64,000 nt of DNA from Negaprion brevirostris (Eukaryota), in contig JARDVH010000097.1 of NCBI GenBank assembly GCA_030324005.1, positions 63,049,852 to 63,113,851 of the forward strand. Direction: 5' to 3'. Positions 24,299-37,977 of the stretch are shown piece by piece (positions within the stretch are counted from its first letter, which is position 1; every line of letters starts with the position of its first letter). Under the pieces are notes generated by a model. The model made no database searches, was not told where the DNA came from, and saw only the letters and a list, made by a program, of their open reading frames with translations. The translations under genes were made by a program, and so were the position numbers.

Positions 24299-27200
24299 CC
24301 TCCTGCGTATGGAATTGGTCGGATTGCACCACAACAGTCAATGTATGGATATCAGCAGCAAACTCCTACACCACCTGTTCAGAGCAACTCTGCTTGTATG
24401 TACTCGCAGGATATGTATGGAACACAATTGCGTTTTGAATCTCCTGCAACTGGATTACTTTCACCATTTGGTGACGATTACTACAAGCATGGTGTTCCAC
24501 AAACCAACACAAACCCACCATTGCCAGAGCCTGGTTACTTCACTAAACCAACAGTGGGAATGCAGCTGACTAAGCCTACAGAAACTAAGGGGATGGAATT
24601 TGGAAAACGCAACCAACAAATGCAAAATGAAACTACAAAGCTGCCTTTGGGTACTGGAATAATGCATTCCACACCAGCAACAACATTCAAATTTAACTCT
24701 AATTTCAAGAATAATGAGGGGGATTTCACATTTTCATCACCACAGATGAAGGCCCAGACACCATCTTCATCAGCCAGTGATAGCCTTCTGGGCATTTTAA
24801 CTGCAGGTAGATGTATAAAAAGTGACCAAATTGTAGGACACGTGTTTACACAAGAAGCAGTACCCAGTCGAGGAGGCTTCTTTTCCTTAAGAGGGCAGGA
24901 CCCCTTTGATAATTCTTCAGCTCAAAAGCAAAACAAAAACTCATTCAACAATGTTTTGAGTAACCAGACATTTGGTTTCAAGGATGCTGGCAAAGTGACT
25001 GGAGTCAATGTAGAAGACAAAGTTGGTGAAAGTGATGGGGACAGCGTTCCTGATGAAGATGGTCCACATTTTGATCCAGTTGTACCACTTCCTGATAAAG
25101 TAGATGTGAAAACTGGAGAAGAAGATGAAGAAGTACTGTTTTCCAACAGAGCTAAGCTCTTTCGTTTTGACACTGAGACCAGAGAATGGAAAGAACGAGG
25201 CATTGGACATGTGAAACTACTACAACACAGGGCATCTGGCAAAATCCGACTCCTGATGAGACGGGATCAGGTTCTTAAAATCTGTGCAAATCATTATATA
25301 ACCGCAGATATGAAATTGAAGCCGAATGCAGGATCTGATAAATCATGGGTCTGGTGTGCTTTAGATTATTCTGATGAAATGCCGAAACCTGAGCAACTTG
25401 CTGTTCGATTCAAAACTGCCGATGAGGCTGCATTGTTCAAAACCAAATTTGAAGAAGCACAAACCTTGGTGAAAGGTCAAAAGCTGAAAGCAGACAGCCC
25501 ACCCAGTCCAGAAAATAAAACTGGAATCAAAATCAGGTCTGAAGACACCCAATTGGGTGCCACGAAGTCTACAAGTGATGTATCTAGATTTGGTGCTCAG
25601 TTCATCAAGAAAGATGGCGAATGGGATTGTAACACTTGTTTTGTACAAAATTTTGCTGCTGCTTCTGTGTGTGTGGCCTGCCAGAGTCCAAAAACCATTA
25701 TTCGAAAACAGGCTTTACCTTCCATTTCGCAAACCCCAGTGCAAAATGGAAGCGAAGTTGGAGCAACTGAGAAGGTTGCTACAGTGTTTACTAAAACAAT
25801 AGGATTTGGCGATAAATTTTCTAAGGAAGGCCAATGGGATTGCAATGGATGCTATCTCAGCAATGAAGCTGCCTCATCACATTGTGTAGCTTGCCAGGCA
25901 CCACGTGTCAACAGCAAGGATGGCATTACTTCAGCCATTCAGGCACCTGCAACATTTGCGTTTGGTGCCAAGAAAGACTTTGCAAAGTCGGCTGTACCTG
26001 CTAGCTTTGGTCCACTATTTGGAAAAACGGACGGTCGATGGAACTGCGATGTATGTAGTTGCAAAAATGAAGCAACTGCATTGAAGTGTGTGTCTTGCCA
26101 GGCATTAAATACATCTTCTAAAGGCTCTGGGGTATCATACAGTCAACCAGCAACTACTTTTAAGTTCGGTTTTGACAGTGCACCTGTGAAAACACCTAAA
26201 GGATTTGATGCATTTAACAAAAAGGAGGGACAGTGGGATTGTAGGACTTGCTTGATAAGAAATGATGGAAATGTGGCAACATGTCCAGCCTGTCAGACAC
26301 CCAAGCCTGATGATAGCATGACAGTTGTTACACCTATGAGTCAGCCTGCATCAGCATTGAAGTGCAGTGAAAGAACATCTGCACAGGGAACATTTGAAGG
26401 ATTGTTTGCCAAAAAGGAGGGACAATGGGATTGTGCCACTTGTTTTGTGAGAAATGAAGCAAATGTGGCAAAATGTGTTGCCTGTCAGACAGCTAACCCA
26501 AACAGTAAAGCAGTAGGTACTTCAGCTACTGCCTCCTTTGGTCTTTCTGGTGTTTGTACTAAATCTGATGCACCTGAATCAGAATTTAAACTTAACTTTC
26601 CCGCAAGTGGCGTTAAATTTGGCCATAGTAATGGCTTGACAACTTTCAAAGTTGAGGCGTCGACTTCAAGACCATTTTCTAGCACACCATTTGCATTTTC
26701 TTCACCCAGTTCAAGTGGTGGATTTAAATTTGGATTGCCTGATACGAACAAAGATTCTAGTGATAAAGTTAGCCAGCCACTACAGGAAGGATCAGCTGCA
26801 CTCTTTTTAAAATCTTTTGCTGAACAGCAAAAAGAGAGAGAGAGAATGCATTTGAAACCTAGTGGAGAGACAAATCAAGCACTTGATACTTCAAGCCAAA
26901 GTGAAGCTTTTTTTCTGGGCAAAAACACTCACATCTCCTCTTTTGCTGATCTTGCAAAAATATCCGGTAAAGAATTTCAGTTTGGTCAGAAAGATCCTAA
27001 TTTCAAAGGTTTTGAAGGAGTGGGTCAGCAGGTGTTTTCAACATGCATTACAACAGCTGCTTCTGCAGAAGACGAAGATGATGAACTGTACAAAACTGAA
27101 GAAGGAGATAATATTCATTTTGAGCCAGTGGTTCTCATGCCTGAAAAAGTAGATCTCATTACAGGGGAAGAAGATGAAACAGTACTTTACTCTCAGAGAG

Positions 27201-28934
27201 TTAAGCTATTTAGGTTTGATACAGAAACCAGCCAGTGGAAGGAACGTGGTGTTGGAAATCTCAAAGTTCTCCAAAACAAAGCTAATGGCCGGCTTCGGAT
27301 ACTAATGCGCCGAGAGCAAGTTTTCAAGGTGTGTGCAAATCACTGGATCACTACCACAATGAATCTGAAACCCTTAATGGGCTCTGATAGGGCATGGATG
27401 TGGTTGGCTAGTGATTTTTCAGATGGTGAAGCCAAACCAGAGCAACTGGCAGCAAAGTTCAAGACTCCTGAGCTGGCTGAAGACTTTAAAGAGAAATTTG
27501 AAGAATTTCAGAGGTTATTGCTAGATATCCCACTGCAAACACCTCATAAATTATTAGACAATGGTAGAACAGCCCGGCTAATAGAAAAGGCTGAAGAAAT
27601 GAAGAGCGGTTTAAAGGACTTGAAACTTTTTTTGAAAGATGAAGGAAATGTAATAAGCTCTGTTTCTGAAAGCAGCAATACCTCTGGTTTAGTAATTAAA
27701 CCACATTCAGAAAGTACTGGGCCTACATTGGAGTGGGATAATTATGATTTGCGTGAAGAAGCCTTGGATACAAGTGTATCTAGCACTGCATATGGCTCCC
27801 CTGATACTAGCAGTCCAGTGAGGAAAAACCTCTTCCGCTTTGGCGATTCAACAACTGGATTTAACTTTAGTTTCCAACCAAACTTGAGTCCATTAAAATC
27901 TCCCAAACTGAACCATAGTGGGTTATCTGTGGGTACAGATGAAGACTCAGAGTGTGGACAAGAGGAGGAGAAGGACATTCAGCATTTTGAGCCAGTCATT
28001 CCACTGCCTGATTTGATTGACGTATCAACCGGCGAGGAAAATGAGCAAGTTATTTTCTGTCATAGAGCCAAACTCTATCGATACGACAAAGAAGTATGTC
28101 AGTGGAAAGAAAGAGGAATAGGAGATCTGAAAATTTTACAGAATTATGATTCTAAAAAAGTTCGGATAGTTATGAGACGGGACCAGGTGTTAAAAATCTG
28201 TGCTAATCACTGGCTAACGCCAGAGGTAAGAATTGAGCCCATGAAAGGAACAGAAAAAGCCTTTATTTGGAGTGTAATGGATTTTGCAGATGATGAGGCA
28301 AAGATGGAACAGTTGGCTGTACGATTCAAGCAGCAAGAAGTTGCCAACTCTTTTAGAGACCTCTTTGAAGAGGCTAAGAAGGCTCAAGAGCAAGGAACGT
28401 TAGTCACACCATTGTCTTCAAGGGGGAATACACCAAGAGAATCCCCATGTGGTAAGATTGCAATATCAGTGTTGGAAGAAACTATTAAGGAGGCAACAGA
28501 GCAAGCAGATATATGTGTTGCACCTCCAACCAGTGCTGTCAAGTCAGCAAGTACTTCCTTGACAGAAGCACCATTGTATGCCTCTGTCTCTCCTCCAAAA
28601 TTTGTATTTGGATCTGATTCTATGAAATCAATCTTCAGCAATGAGAAAGAAAGGCCTTTCACCTTTGGTGGTTCAGCAACTGGTTCCTTATTTGGTTTCA
28701 GTTTTAAAAGTGCTGATCCTATACTAAAGGGCCAAGTACAAAATGGTTCCTCTGCCACTAAGAACAAACTGCAGGAAGTGACGAGTGGTGGATTTGATTT
28801 TCGTAAAGCAGCTGCATCTCTATCAAAGTCCACAACTACTAGCCTATTGCCTTCAACCACAACAGAATATGTTGAAACTGCTTTTGCATCAAAGGATACA
28901 TCCAAGCACACGGCATTTAATATGCCACAAACTG
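24299..28934 (+). CDS. RANBP2: RANBP2 giant exon (~exon 20, 4636 nt): FG-rich region, RanBD1, 5 RanBP2-type zinc fingers, RanBD2, BICD2/kinesin-1-binding region (LEWD), RanBD3
   Basis: 1535-aa ORF with three WKERGxG / KxCANH RanBD signatures and W-x-C-x2-C-x3-N-x6-C-x2-C fingers; atag| acceptor, g|gtaagt donor. Confidence 0.98.
25615..26490 (+). repeat. Array of five RanBP2-type zinc-finger coding repeats
   Basis: Trp codons of the WxCxxC motifs at 25622, 25835, 26039, 26234 and 26426. Confidence 0.95.
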
Positions 28935-29554
28935 GTAAGTTGCTGTAGTAATTCAAAAGAATATTATGTAAGCAGACTTGTTTACTCTGGTCCAGTTTGA
29001 CAACAGACCATTGGTCCTATCTTTGTTAACGCTGTATCTGTTACTTTTTCACTTGTTATACCAGCTATGTATTCCCCTGCAGTCATCCTGTGCCCATATA
29101 ATTATTTTGCATCTTAAATATGTCTTTTTCATGTTTCCTTCTCTCATTTACACATCAAACCTCTTCAGTGCATCAGTGTTATCTACTGCAATCATGTCAC
29201 ATAACAATTAGTTTCCCATTGTGTAAAGAAATTAATCCTAAATGCTTTCTAGTTTATTTGGACTATCTTATGTATGCCGCCTTTTTTGTATTCATCAAGT
29301 TGGAATAGTTTCTCAGCATCTACCTAACAAATGCCTTCATAATTTTGAAACCTCTGTAAAGTCTCCCCTTGATCTTGACCGGTGAAGATACCTAATTTTC
29401 CCTTCATGTCAATTCTGGTAACCATATTGTACATCTCACTTTCTCCAGTACGTCAATGTTCTGTTTTTATATAGAGACTCTACTTGCACGCAGTAATGCA
29501 ATCTAACCAAGTTCTAAATTTAATATTGCCGTTTTATATCACTTTCTATTGTTA

Positions 29555-30458
29555 GAGCCATGGAACATTACAGCACAGAATCAGGCCTTTTGGTCCTCCT
29601 TGGTTGTGCCAAACCATTTTTTGGCTAGTTCCACTGACCTGCACCGGAACCATAATCCCTCCACACCCCTCTCCTCATCCACGTACCTGTCCAAGTTTTT
29701 CTTAAATGTTAAAAGTGAGCCTGCTTTCACCACTCCATTTGGTAGCTCATTCCACACACCCACCACGCTGAAGAACCTCCGCCCCCCCCACCCCCACCAC
29801 CAAATATTCNNNNNNNNNNNNNNNNNNNNNNNNNNNNNNNNNNNNNNNNNNNNNNNNNNNNNNNNNNNNNNNNNNNNNNNNNNNNNNNNNNNNNNNNNNN
29901 NNNNNNNNNNNNNNNNNNNNNNNNNNNNNNNNNNNNNNNNNNNNNNNNNNNNNNNNNNNNNNNNNNNNNNNNNNNNNNNNNNNNNNNNNNNNNNNNNNNN
30001 NNNNNNNNNNNNNNNNNNNNNNNNNNNNNNNNNNNNNNNNNNNNNNNNNNNNNNNNNNNNNNNNNNNNNNNNNNNNNNNNNNNNNNNNNNNNNNNNNNNN
30101 NNNNNNNNNNNNNNNNNNNNNNNNNNNNNNNNNNNNNTTTAAGGAATTATGTATGTATTCCCAGATCCCTCTGTTCTATTGCACTCGTCAATGTCCTACA
30201 GTTTACCTTATGTTCTACCTTGGTTTGCCCTTCCAAAGTGCAAAATCTCTCACTTGTCTGCATTAAACTCCATCTGCCATTTTTCAGCCCATTTTTCTAG
30301 CTGGTCTAAATCGCTCTGCAAGCTTTGAAAACCTTCCTCACTGTCCACTACACCTCCAATCTTTGTATCATCAGCGAATTTGCTGATCCAGTTTACACGT
30401 TTATCATCCAGATCATTGATATAAATGACAAACAACAATTGGCCCAGCACTGATCCCA
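29555..30458 (-). mobile_element. CR1 LINE 3' part (gapped)
   Basis: GSVLGQLLFVIYINDLD...SKFADDTKIGG...WQMEFNADK on the minus strand. Confidence 0.9.
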
Positions 30459-31682
30459 AAAGATCAGTTCTAGAAATTAACTCTTGTGCTTTACAGGCCA
30501 TATTACTGTACTGACTTGTGTTTATCAATTCACAGATCTTCCTTTTCTGGTATCCTAAATTTATTGCCCAACAAAAAGTGACCTCCTTATCCCTCTTACC
30601 AAAGTGGACCAGTCCAGATTTTGCCCCACACCGTCTCCTGAAAATCTTACTAAACCTTGTGTCGCAATGTTTGTTGTTTACACCTCTGCATTAGTTGACC
30701 ATGTAAATTAGTGGCTTGCTCACATTTTTTTAAGTTGCTGAACTGCAGAGAAATACTACTTTTCCCACAATTAAGCTCAGCAATAATCTATATCTGCATA
30801 AGCAGAGCAAATTTATGGGTGAGCAGTATAATTGCAGATTGAGAGAATTTTGTTTTCAATCTAATACATAAATACTTATTGCTGTTTAATTATACTTCTA
30901 GCACTTGTAGTGTTAACACATGTATATTATAACACATAACAACAGGAATAAGCCACTCTTGCCCTTTGTGACTGCAGCACAGTTTAATAAGATGATGGCT
31001 GACCTGACTGGTCTTGACTCTATCCACAACCTTTTGCGATCCTTGTCAATCAAGAATCTTGTCTAACCCAGCCGTAAAAATATCCAATAAGCCAGACTCC
31101 ACTGCTCTTTGGGAAAGAGAATTCCACAAACTACCAGTGTTTTGAGAGAAATATTAATTTCAAGTGTTTCATTATCAAATTTGTTTCATAATTTGAAGCA
31201 TTTGTAACTTTTAATTTTTAAATTGAAACTATAAGTTGCATGGGAAGTCATTGCTTTGGTTTCATTGTATGACAGGGTTCACTTAGCGCCATTGGATAGA
31301 GACCAAGCACTCAAAAAAATGCTATTTCAATTAATCTAAGTAAATCGGATGTTACTGGAATTAACCTGATTAAATCAAATTTGATTTAGAGAATTACGTG
31401 GGAAATTATTTCAAGTATAAGGAAATGAGCAGCATCCACTGTTAATTGTTTTGGTTTTTTTTCTATTGGTAACTTAAGATTTTAAGTTCCCCTTCATTAA
31501 GGGGGTTGGGGGAGGTCTGCAATTTCTTCATCAGAAGTAGCTTATAAAAAATGATTAAATGATTAGACTGAGAGAAGTGTGCAAGTGTGGCTGTAAATTA
31601 GTGCCTTGCATTTTGAGAAGGGTCCATTTCTCTTGGCCAACATTTTGCATCTAGTCATTGATACAGGAATTCTTATTTTTAG

Positions 31683-31760
31683 GATTTAATTTTAGCCTTT
31701 TCAAATCTAATCCATCGGCTTTTTGGACCAGCACATCTGTCCCACAGTGTGACAATAAAG
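31683..31760 (+). CDS. RANBP2: Probable RANBP2 cassette exon, 78 nt, GFNFSLFKSNPSAFWTSTSVPQCDNK
   Basis: tttttag| acceptor, aaag|gtattt donor, phase 1-1, open frame, FG-nucleoporin-like composition. Confidence 0.8.
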
Positions 31761-34339
31761 GTATTTCTGGTGTCTTGAGCAGCAGCCTTGCATCAAAATT
31801 GCAAAATGGTACTGCAATGGTGTGTTTATTTAAAACAAATAGTGGTCTGCTCCTGTACAATCTAACTCCTGCATGCAATACTTTTTGACTTAGAAAATAC
31901 TTTAATGAGCATGTTTTTTTTAAAGACTGTTTTGTGCTTAAAGGGGAAGAAATGGTCATGACAGGACATCACTGTTGTCCATAATTGAATGCATTCAAAT
32001 CAATTATTTTCTCAATGTTTTTCCTCTATTTTTGCCAAAACTGACTTAATTGGCAATTTTGGGGTCACCCTTTTCTATACTCCTGGGATTTAGCCAGGTT
32101 TATCCACCTGAGATCCTCATGACTTCTGCTGAATTGTTGCATGTTTTCTGTGGAGCAAGACCTGACTAGTTAAGTTTAAAATTGGTTTCATGGAAACACT
32201 TGAACTAACACTCACTGTGTGCTTGTGCATGTCCTTCTATCTACCTCTTGAGCTCTATCTGTCCTCTGCTGCCCTCTCCCTTTTTTAATGGTCCCTGTTA
32301 GGAGCATTTTCCCCACAATCCACCTAGCCTTGTCATGCTTTTAAATCTCTAGACTGTTCGCAACCTGATTTCCTGCTGCTGATGGTTTCTGTAAAGATGG
32401 GTCCAGCTTCCATTTGCTCTACCCAAGGCATCCTTCGCCTTGCTCATTGTAATTCTTCTTCTCCCCCCATGGTACTGCACCTGCCATTCCTGCCTCCTCA
32501 CAATTTCTAGCCATCTTTTAGGATCAAATCTCTGACCCTCTGTCCATCTTGTTCCCTTTTGCACCAGAATCTCTGAACTAGCCATTCTGTATTAGTGCCT
32601 TGTGGAAAAGCTATTGCTCTCAGCGCAACTTGTGGGCTGAAGAGCCTGTTTGTGCTGTAGCTTTTCTATGATTCTCCTGGATAATTCTAACACTCTTTAG
32701 AACCATGGTGGGCTACCACCTTACTAATGCTGTGCACTAACTAAATTTTCCACCATCTTTCCTGCTGTAGCAGCTTTCAATATGACTCTCAACACTCAAC
32801 CCATCTTGGCCCTGTCCCAAAATTCTCCCAACATATTATCATCCTAGGTGTTGTACTGCCTTCAATCATCATAATAGAATGGTTTAGCAAATCTGCTGAT
32901 AACTTGCTCACCAAATTCACCTCCATCTAATTTCTGCACCATGATTAAGTACCAGTTGCCTTCCCAATTACTTGCTGTACTTGCCTGTGGGCCTTGCGAT
33001 TGATATGCAAGAACACCCCCACCCCTTTCATGCTTCTGCATTTACTAGATGCTTTTTTTTAAATAAAAGTAATCTGATTTACCTTTCCTATCAAAGTGAA
33101 TGATTTCACATTTCTCCATAATGGGCAAGAAATTGACAACTTTTCACTCCATAGGCCAAATCTTCCAATCTCTGATCTGGAAATTAGGCATACAGCCAAA
33201 AATGTGCATCTGGACTCTGAGAGCCCTTGACATGAAGACCTCTGTGGAATTGTCGAGGAGGTTTTAACTTCTAATGCGTGATTCCCCAGCTTCCTGCCCC
33301 CTCTGTAAATGTCTGAGTCCAAGCTAGAGTTGGAGACTTGGGGTAGTTCTAATGTACGTAACCTGAGGAGTTGTGCAGGAGATGTTAAGACAGATTAAAG
33401 GGGTACCTCCTTAACTGACACCCCAATTACTTAAGACTCCCCACCCAACTAACCACCTTATCATTTGTTCCCTAGCATTCAAAGACTGAACATTTGAACT
33501 TAATTTATAGCAGCTAGTGCTCTAAAAATGGGCCGTGTCTATTGATCAATCATCAATCCATGCGTTAGTGCATTTGTACCTGTCGACCATGGTTTAGAGA
33601 CATGTTAGTGACTAAAAATATGTTTTCATAGTTCTGGGAAAAATTGAGTTATCAGAACCAAAGTAAAGGGTGCAGAAGCTGGGAAATGAGTAGAATATTT
33701 AAAAGAAATCTAATGTATGTTTTGGTGGGCTTACAATGAATGTCTATGAAAAGCACATTGTTAGAGAGGGCAAGCAAAGTTCAGGAAGTAAGTAATAATT
33801 GGAAGATATAAACGTGAAAAATGGGTGGGAATTGCAAGAAAACTGAAGTGAAAGCAGGCTATAGCAATCATAGGTGTATCTTTTTCTTTGCAGAGATGAT
33901 TTCTGGAAGGTTTGTGCACAATGATTGCAGGCCAGGGCTAGTCAGGCGTAATCCTGACCAACAGATTCTCCCAGGTGCAATTGCTGCTGGGGGCAATTTG
34001 ATCTTTCCTTCTCTTCTATGCTAGTTTTCATTCAGTCTCAAAGGTGTCTGTAGCACTTAGAATATAGCATCTCTAGACATCATGATCTAGGGCCTGTGCA
34101 TCCCACTGATGATGGTTGTGGAATGGAGCAGCTTGAACACCTGTTAAATTTCCCTTAACCGCGACTGCTCAATGTCAATAATCTGAGATTCCCTAGTTGT
34201 GCCACAACCAAAGTCTCTGTGTAATTCTGGTCAATCTTCTGCATACCTATTGCAAGGAATTGACATTTCTTCCCAGAATAAGGTACGGTATTCTAGCTGA
34301 AGGATAATCTGTGACAGATTTGGCCTAACCTCTCTTTAT

Positions 34340-34640
34340 CATAGAATCCCTACAGTGCAAAAAGTGGCCCACTGAGTTTGCACCAGTGTGCTGAAAGAGC
34401 ATCTTACCCAGGCCTGCCCATCTCTGTAATCCCATTTACTATAACTAATCCTCCTTACTACAAATTCCTGGATACTTGAAGGGAAATTTTGTATGGCAAA
34501 TCCATTTAACCTGCACATCTTTGGACTCTGCGAGAAAATTGGAGCACCCAGAGGAAACCCATGCAGATACTAGGAGAATGTGCAAACTTCACAGACACTG
34601 CAGTTCCCATGGCTAGAATCAAACCATCATGCCACCCCTA
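34340..34640 (-). mobile_element. HE1/V-SINE copy
   Basis: cctgcacatctttggact...gagcacccagaggaaacccatgcaga. Confidence 0.8.
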
Positions 34641-35131
34641 AAAGCTTTATACAGCCAAGGATCCCCATATGCTTTTAAAATTAACTTGTTGTGCCACCTT
34701 CCATGCGTGAGCCACTGTCATTGCTCTGCCACTCTGTTTAAATTTGTTCAGTTTATATTGTCTCTTTATTCTTCTTCCAAAAGTGCCTTAGTTACTGCTT
34801 AACAATCAATTTAATCCATCATGTGTCTTCCCATTTCACCAGTTTCTGTACCCTCCCGAGCTCAGCTATCTCACTCCTCGTCCAGGTGGTGTCACCTGTA
34901 AGTTTTGTTTTGCTCCTATTCCCAAGCCCAGGTCATTAATACATATCGAAAAGAACAGTGGTCTTCTGGTGAGTGCTGTTTTGAACCTCTGCTATCTATA
35001 CAGGTTCATCCAATAATGTAAATCAGATTACTTTTTTACTTTTTTAAATGACTGTTAGTAAATGTAGAAGTTCTAGAATTCTGACCTAGTCACAGTGAAG
35101 GAACATCAAGATACTTAGTTGCTTGGTAGTA

Positions 35132-35404
35132 CACAACTTGAATATCACTGAAGAGACATGCTATCAACGCTTTTTTGTACTGCACGCATCAGAACTGACA
35201 GTGCCAAATTTCAAAAAGAGCAGCAGTTTTTACTCCATATAAAAAGGTGCTGATTGTTTGGCAAGTTTACTCTGTTTGAGGATTGCTATGGAAAATGCAG
35301 AATAAATTGTTGTTTCTTTTGAAATTTGGCATTTTTGCATTGTTCTTGAGTGTGAGATGAAAAGCTTCAACAGCATGTCTCTTTATTCAGCAGTATTTAA
35401 GTGG
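35132..35404. mobile_element. Imperfect palindromic repeat (second family), possibly Penelope-derived
   Basis: aagagacatgct...tgccaaatttcaaaa is mirrored by ttttgaaatttggca...agcatgtctctt. Confidence 0.6.
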
Positions 35405-36027
35405 TATGTTTCCAAGTCAGAATGATATTTGGAAGGGGAATTGTAGGTGATGTTCCCATACCCTTGTCTTTTTTTAATTTGTTTGTTCACAGAATGTAAG
35501 TGTCACTGGCTATTCCAGCATTTATTGCCCTTGAGGCTGGTGGTGAGCTGCTGCCTTGTACTGCTGCAGTCCATGTCTTTCCAGATGTTAAGTTTCAAAG
35601 GTGCCTTTGAAGGAACCTTGGCATGTTGCTGCAGTGCAATTCTGTATGGTAGACACTAATGGTGGTGGAGTGAATGAGTATTTTAAGTAGGTGGATGAAG
35701 TGTGATGTAAGCTGCTTTGTCTTGGGTTGTGTTGAGCTTCAGGGATATTGATGAGGCTGCACGCATCCAGATAAGTGAAGAGTATTCCGTCACACTCTTG
35801 ACTCGTGCCTCGTAGATGGTGAGTAAGCTTTGAATCAGGAGATAAGTTATTTGCTGCGGTATTCCCAATCTTTGACCAGTTCTTGTAGCTATGGCATTTG
35901 TATGGTTGGTCTAGTTAAGATTTTGGTAAATAGTAAATCCAGGAGGTGATTGGTACGGTTTCAGCATCACCAGTGTTGAAATCCGTTCTATCATAGTTTC
36001 ATCCGTTCAATCTATCAATATCTCTTT

Positions 36028-36348
36028 AGAGTCATAGAGGTTTACAGCATGGAAACAGGTCCTTCGGCCCAACTTGTCCATGCCACTCTTTAGAACCCCT
36101 AAACTAATCCAATTGCCTGCATTTGGCCCATATCTCTCTATACTCATTGTACCCATGTAACTATCTAAATACTTTTTAAAAGATAACATTGTACCTGCCT
36201 CTACTACTATCTCTGGTAGCTTGATCCATTCACTCACCACCCTCAGTGTGAAAAAATTGCCCCTTTGGACACTTGTATCTCTCCCCTCTCACCTTAAACC
36301 TATGCCCTCTAGTTTTAGACTCCCCTACCTTTGGGAAAAGATATTGAC
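36028..36348 (-). mobile_element. CR1 LINE 3' end
   Basis: LPEIVVEAGTMLSFKKYLD RT C-terminus and tail on the minus strand. Confidence 0.85.
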
Positions 36349-37836
36349 NNNNNNNNNNNNNNNNNNNNNNNNNNNNNNNNNNNNNNNNNNNNNNNNNNNN
36401 NNNNNNNNNNNNNNNNNNNNNNNNNNNNNNNNNNNNNNNNNNNNNNNNNNNNNNNNNNNNNNNNNNNNNNNNNNNNNNNNNNNNNNNNNNNNNNNNNNNN
36501 NNNNNNNNNNNNNNNNNNNNNNNNNNNNNNNNNNNNNNNNNNNNNNNNNNNNNNNNNNNNNNNNNNNNNNNNNNNNNNNNNNNNNNNNNNNNNNNNNNNN
36601 NNNNNNNNNNNNNNNNNNNNNNNNNNNNNNNNNNNNNNNNNNNNNNNNNNNNNNNNNNNNNNNNNNNNNNNCTTTAATTTGAGCCATCTGTCTTTATTTA
36701 ATCTGATAAATGGATCTTTATTGTATTGAAACCAAAATGCTAGAGATACTCTGGTTTGGCAGGATCTATGGAAGGAGAAACGAAGTAAATGTTTCAAATC
36801 CATGCTGCCTGACATTGAACTTTTCCAACTTTTTTTTGTTTATTTCATATCTCCAGCGTCCACAGTATTTTGCTTTTGTACAAGAACATAAGAAATAGGT
36901 GCAGGAGTAAATCTCACAGTCCATCAGCCTCCTCTGCCATGCAATGCAATCATGGCTTATGTTAGACTTCAGTTCCCTCAGACCAAAAGCCTGTTTAGAT
37001 CTCTAGAACATTGCCTACCTTTACCTCATTCCCACCTCATTTGTCATAGTCAAAACTTTAACTCTGTAGTACTGTCAGCTGTTTTCTTCCAAGCAGTGTA
37101 ACCCATTGATTCCAATGTCCAAATTTATACCCTTCAGCAGTCTGTCTCTCTATGTTCTGGATACAGTGCCATCTTTAACCACCTACTTCCAGTGAACCAA
37201 TTTTTGTTGGCCTACTCCTGCTCCTATTTCTTATTTCTTATGTTCTTATGTTTTAATTCCCACTTTCTCAGGCCACTTTAGCTCCCTGCTATCTTCCTTT
37301 ATACCTGGTCACTGCATCACCATTCCCTTTATTCTGTCATCACTCCTGTCTCCCTGTGCCCCTATCCCCATCCTTTTGAAATGGCTTCATGCCTACTTAT
37401 TCAATCATGCTTTAGATTACCCGGCCTATCTTGTGCTTTGTTCATTTTAAACTGCAAAGTACTTTTGAATGTTTCTTGATGTTAAAGTTGCTATACAAAT
37501 GCAAGGTTTCATTGTCTAATAACTGATTTTAACCTGTGTTCCTCGTACTCAAATTTTCATCTGCATTATGATTTCTGTTATGCATTTGAATGCTACCATT
37601 ATGCTATGCTCTCCTGAAATTGTCCTATCATGTAAAGCCTTTTAATACAAGTCAGAGTTGTAATGTATGGTTATGATATTTAAAAAGCAGCATAGAAAAT
37701 TATTGGGTGAAGTAGAGGGTGAATGAGAGGTCTACAATGTCCATTTAGTTTCCTGATATTGTACGAAATGTAGATTTGCTAATATCATTAATTCTGCCCT
37801 TTCAGATGACAATTAATTCAATTGATTCTTTTGTAG

Positions 37837-37977
37837 CTGATGATGATGATGTACAGATTGTTTTTGTACTGACACCCAAACCTGAACAGGCGGCTCTTGC
37901 AAAGCAACTGCAACTTCCTCCAACATTCTTCTGCTACAAGAACAAGCCTGGCTATTTTAGTGATGACGACGAGGACG
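37837..37977 (+). CDS. RANBP2: RANBP2 exon (~exon 21), IR1 of the SUMO E3 domain, [13 protein letters not shown]...[14 protein letters not shown]
   Basis: ttgtag| phase-1 acceptor, g|gtgaga donor; SIM plus LxLPPTFFC motif. Confidence 0.93.

Noticed and set aside
28384-28956. 190-aa minus-strand ORF, and other antisense ORFs over the giant exon
   Set aside because: Antisense shadow of the RANBP2 coding sequence, with no independent motif or splice evidence
29549-30142. Long ORFs made largely of X (also at 22149, 36221, 39211 and 59906)
   Set aside because: Artefacts of translating through N-gaps
32349-32585. Purine-rich minus-strand ORF-like stretch (similar texture at 52200-52380)
   Set aside because: No recognisable domain or splice signals; probably decayed repeat sequence
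37806-37836. Upstream ttcag acceptor for the IR1 exon
   Set aside because: In the required phase 1 it reads GAT GAC AAT TAA (stop); the acceptor at 37836 keeps frame
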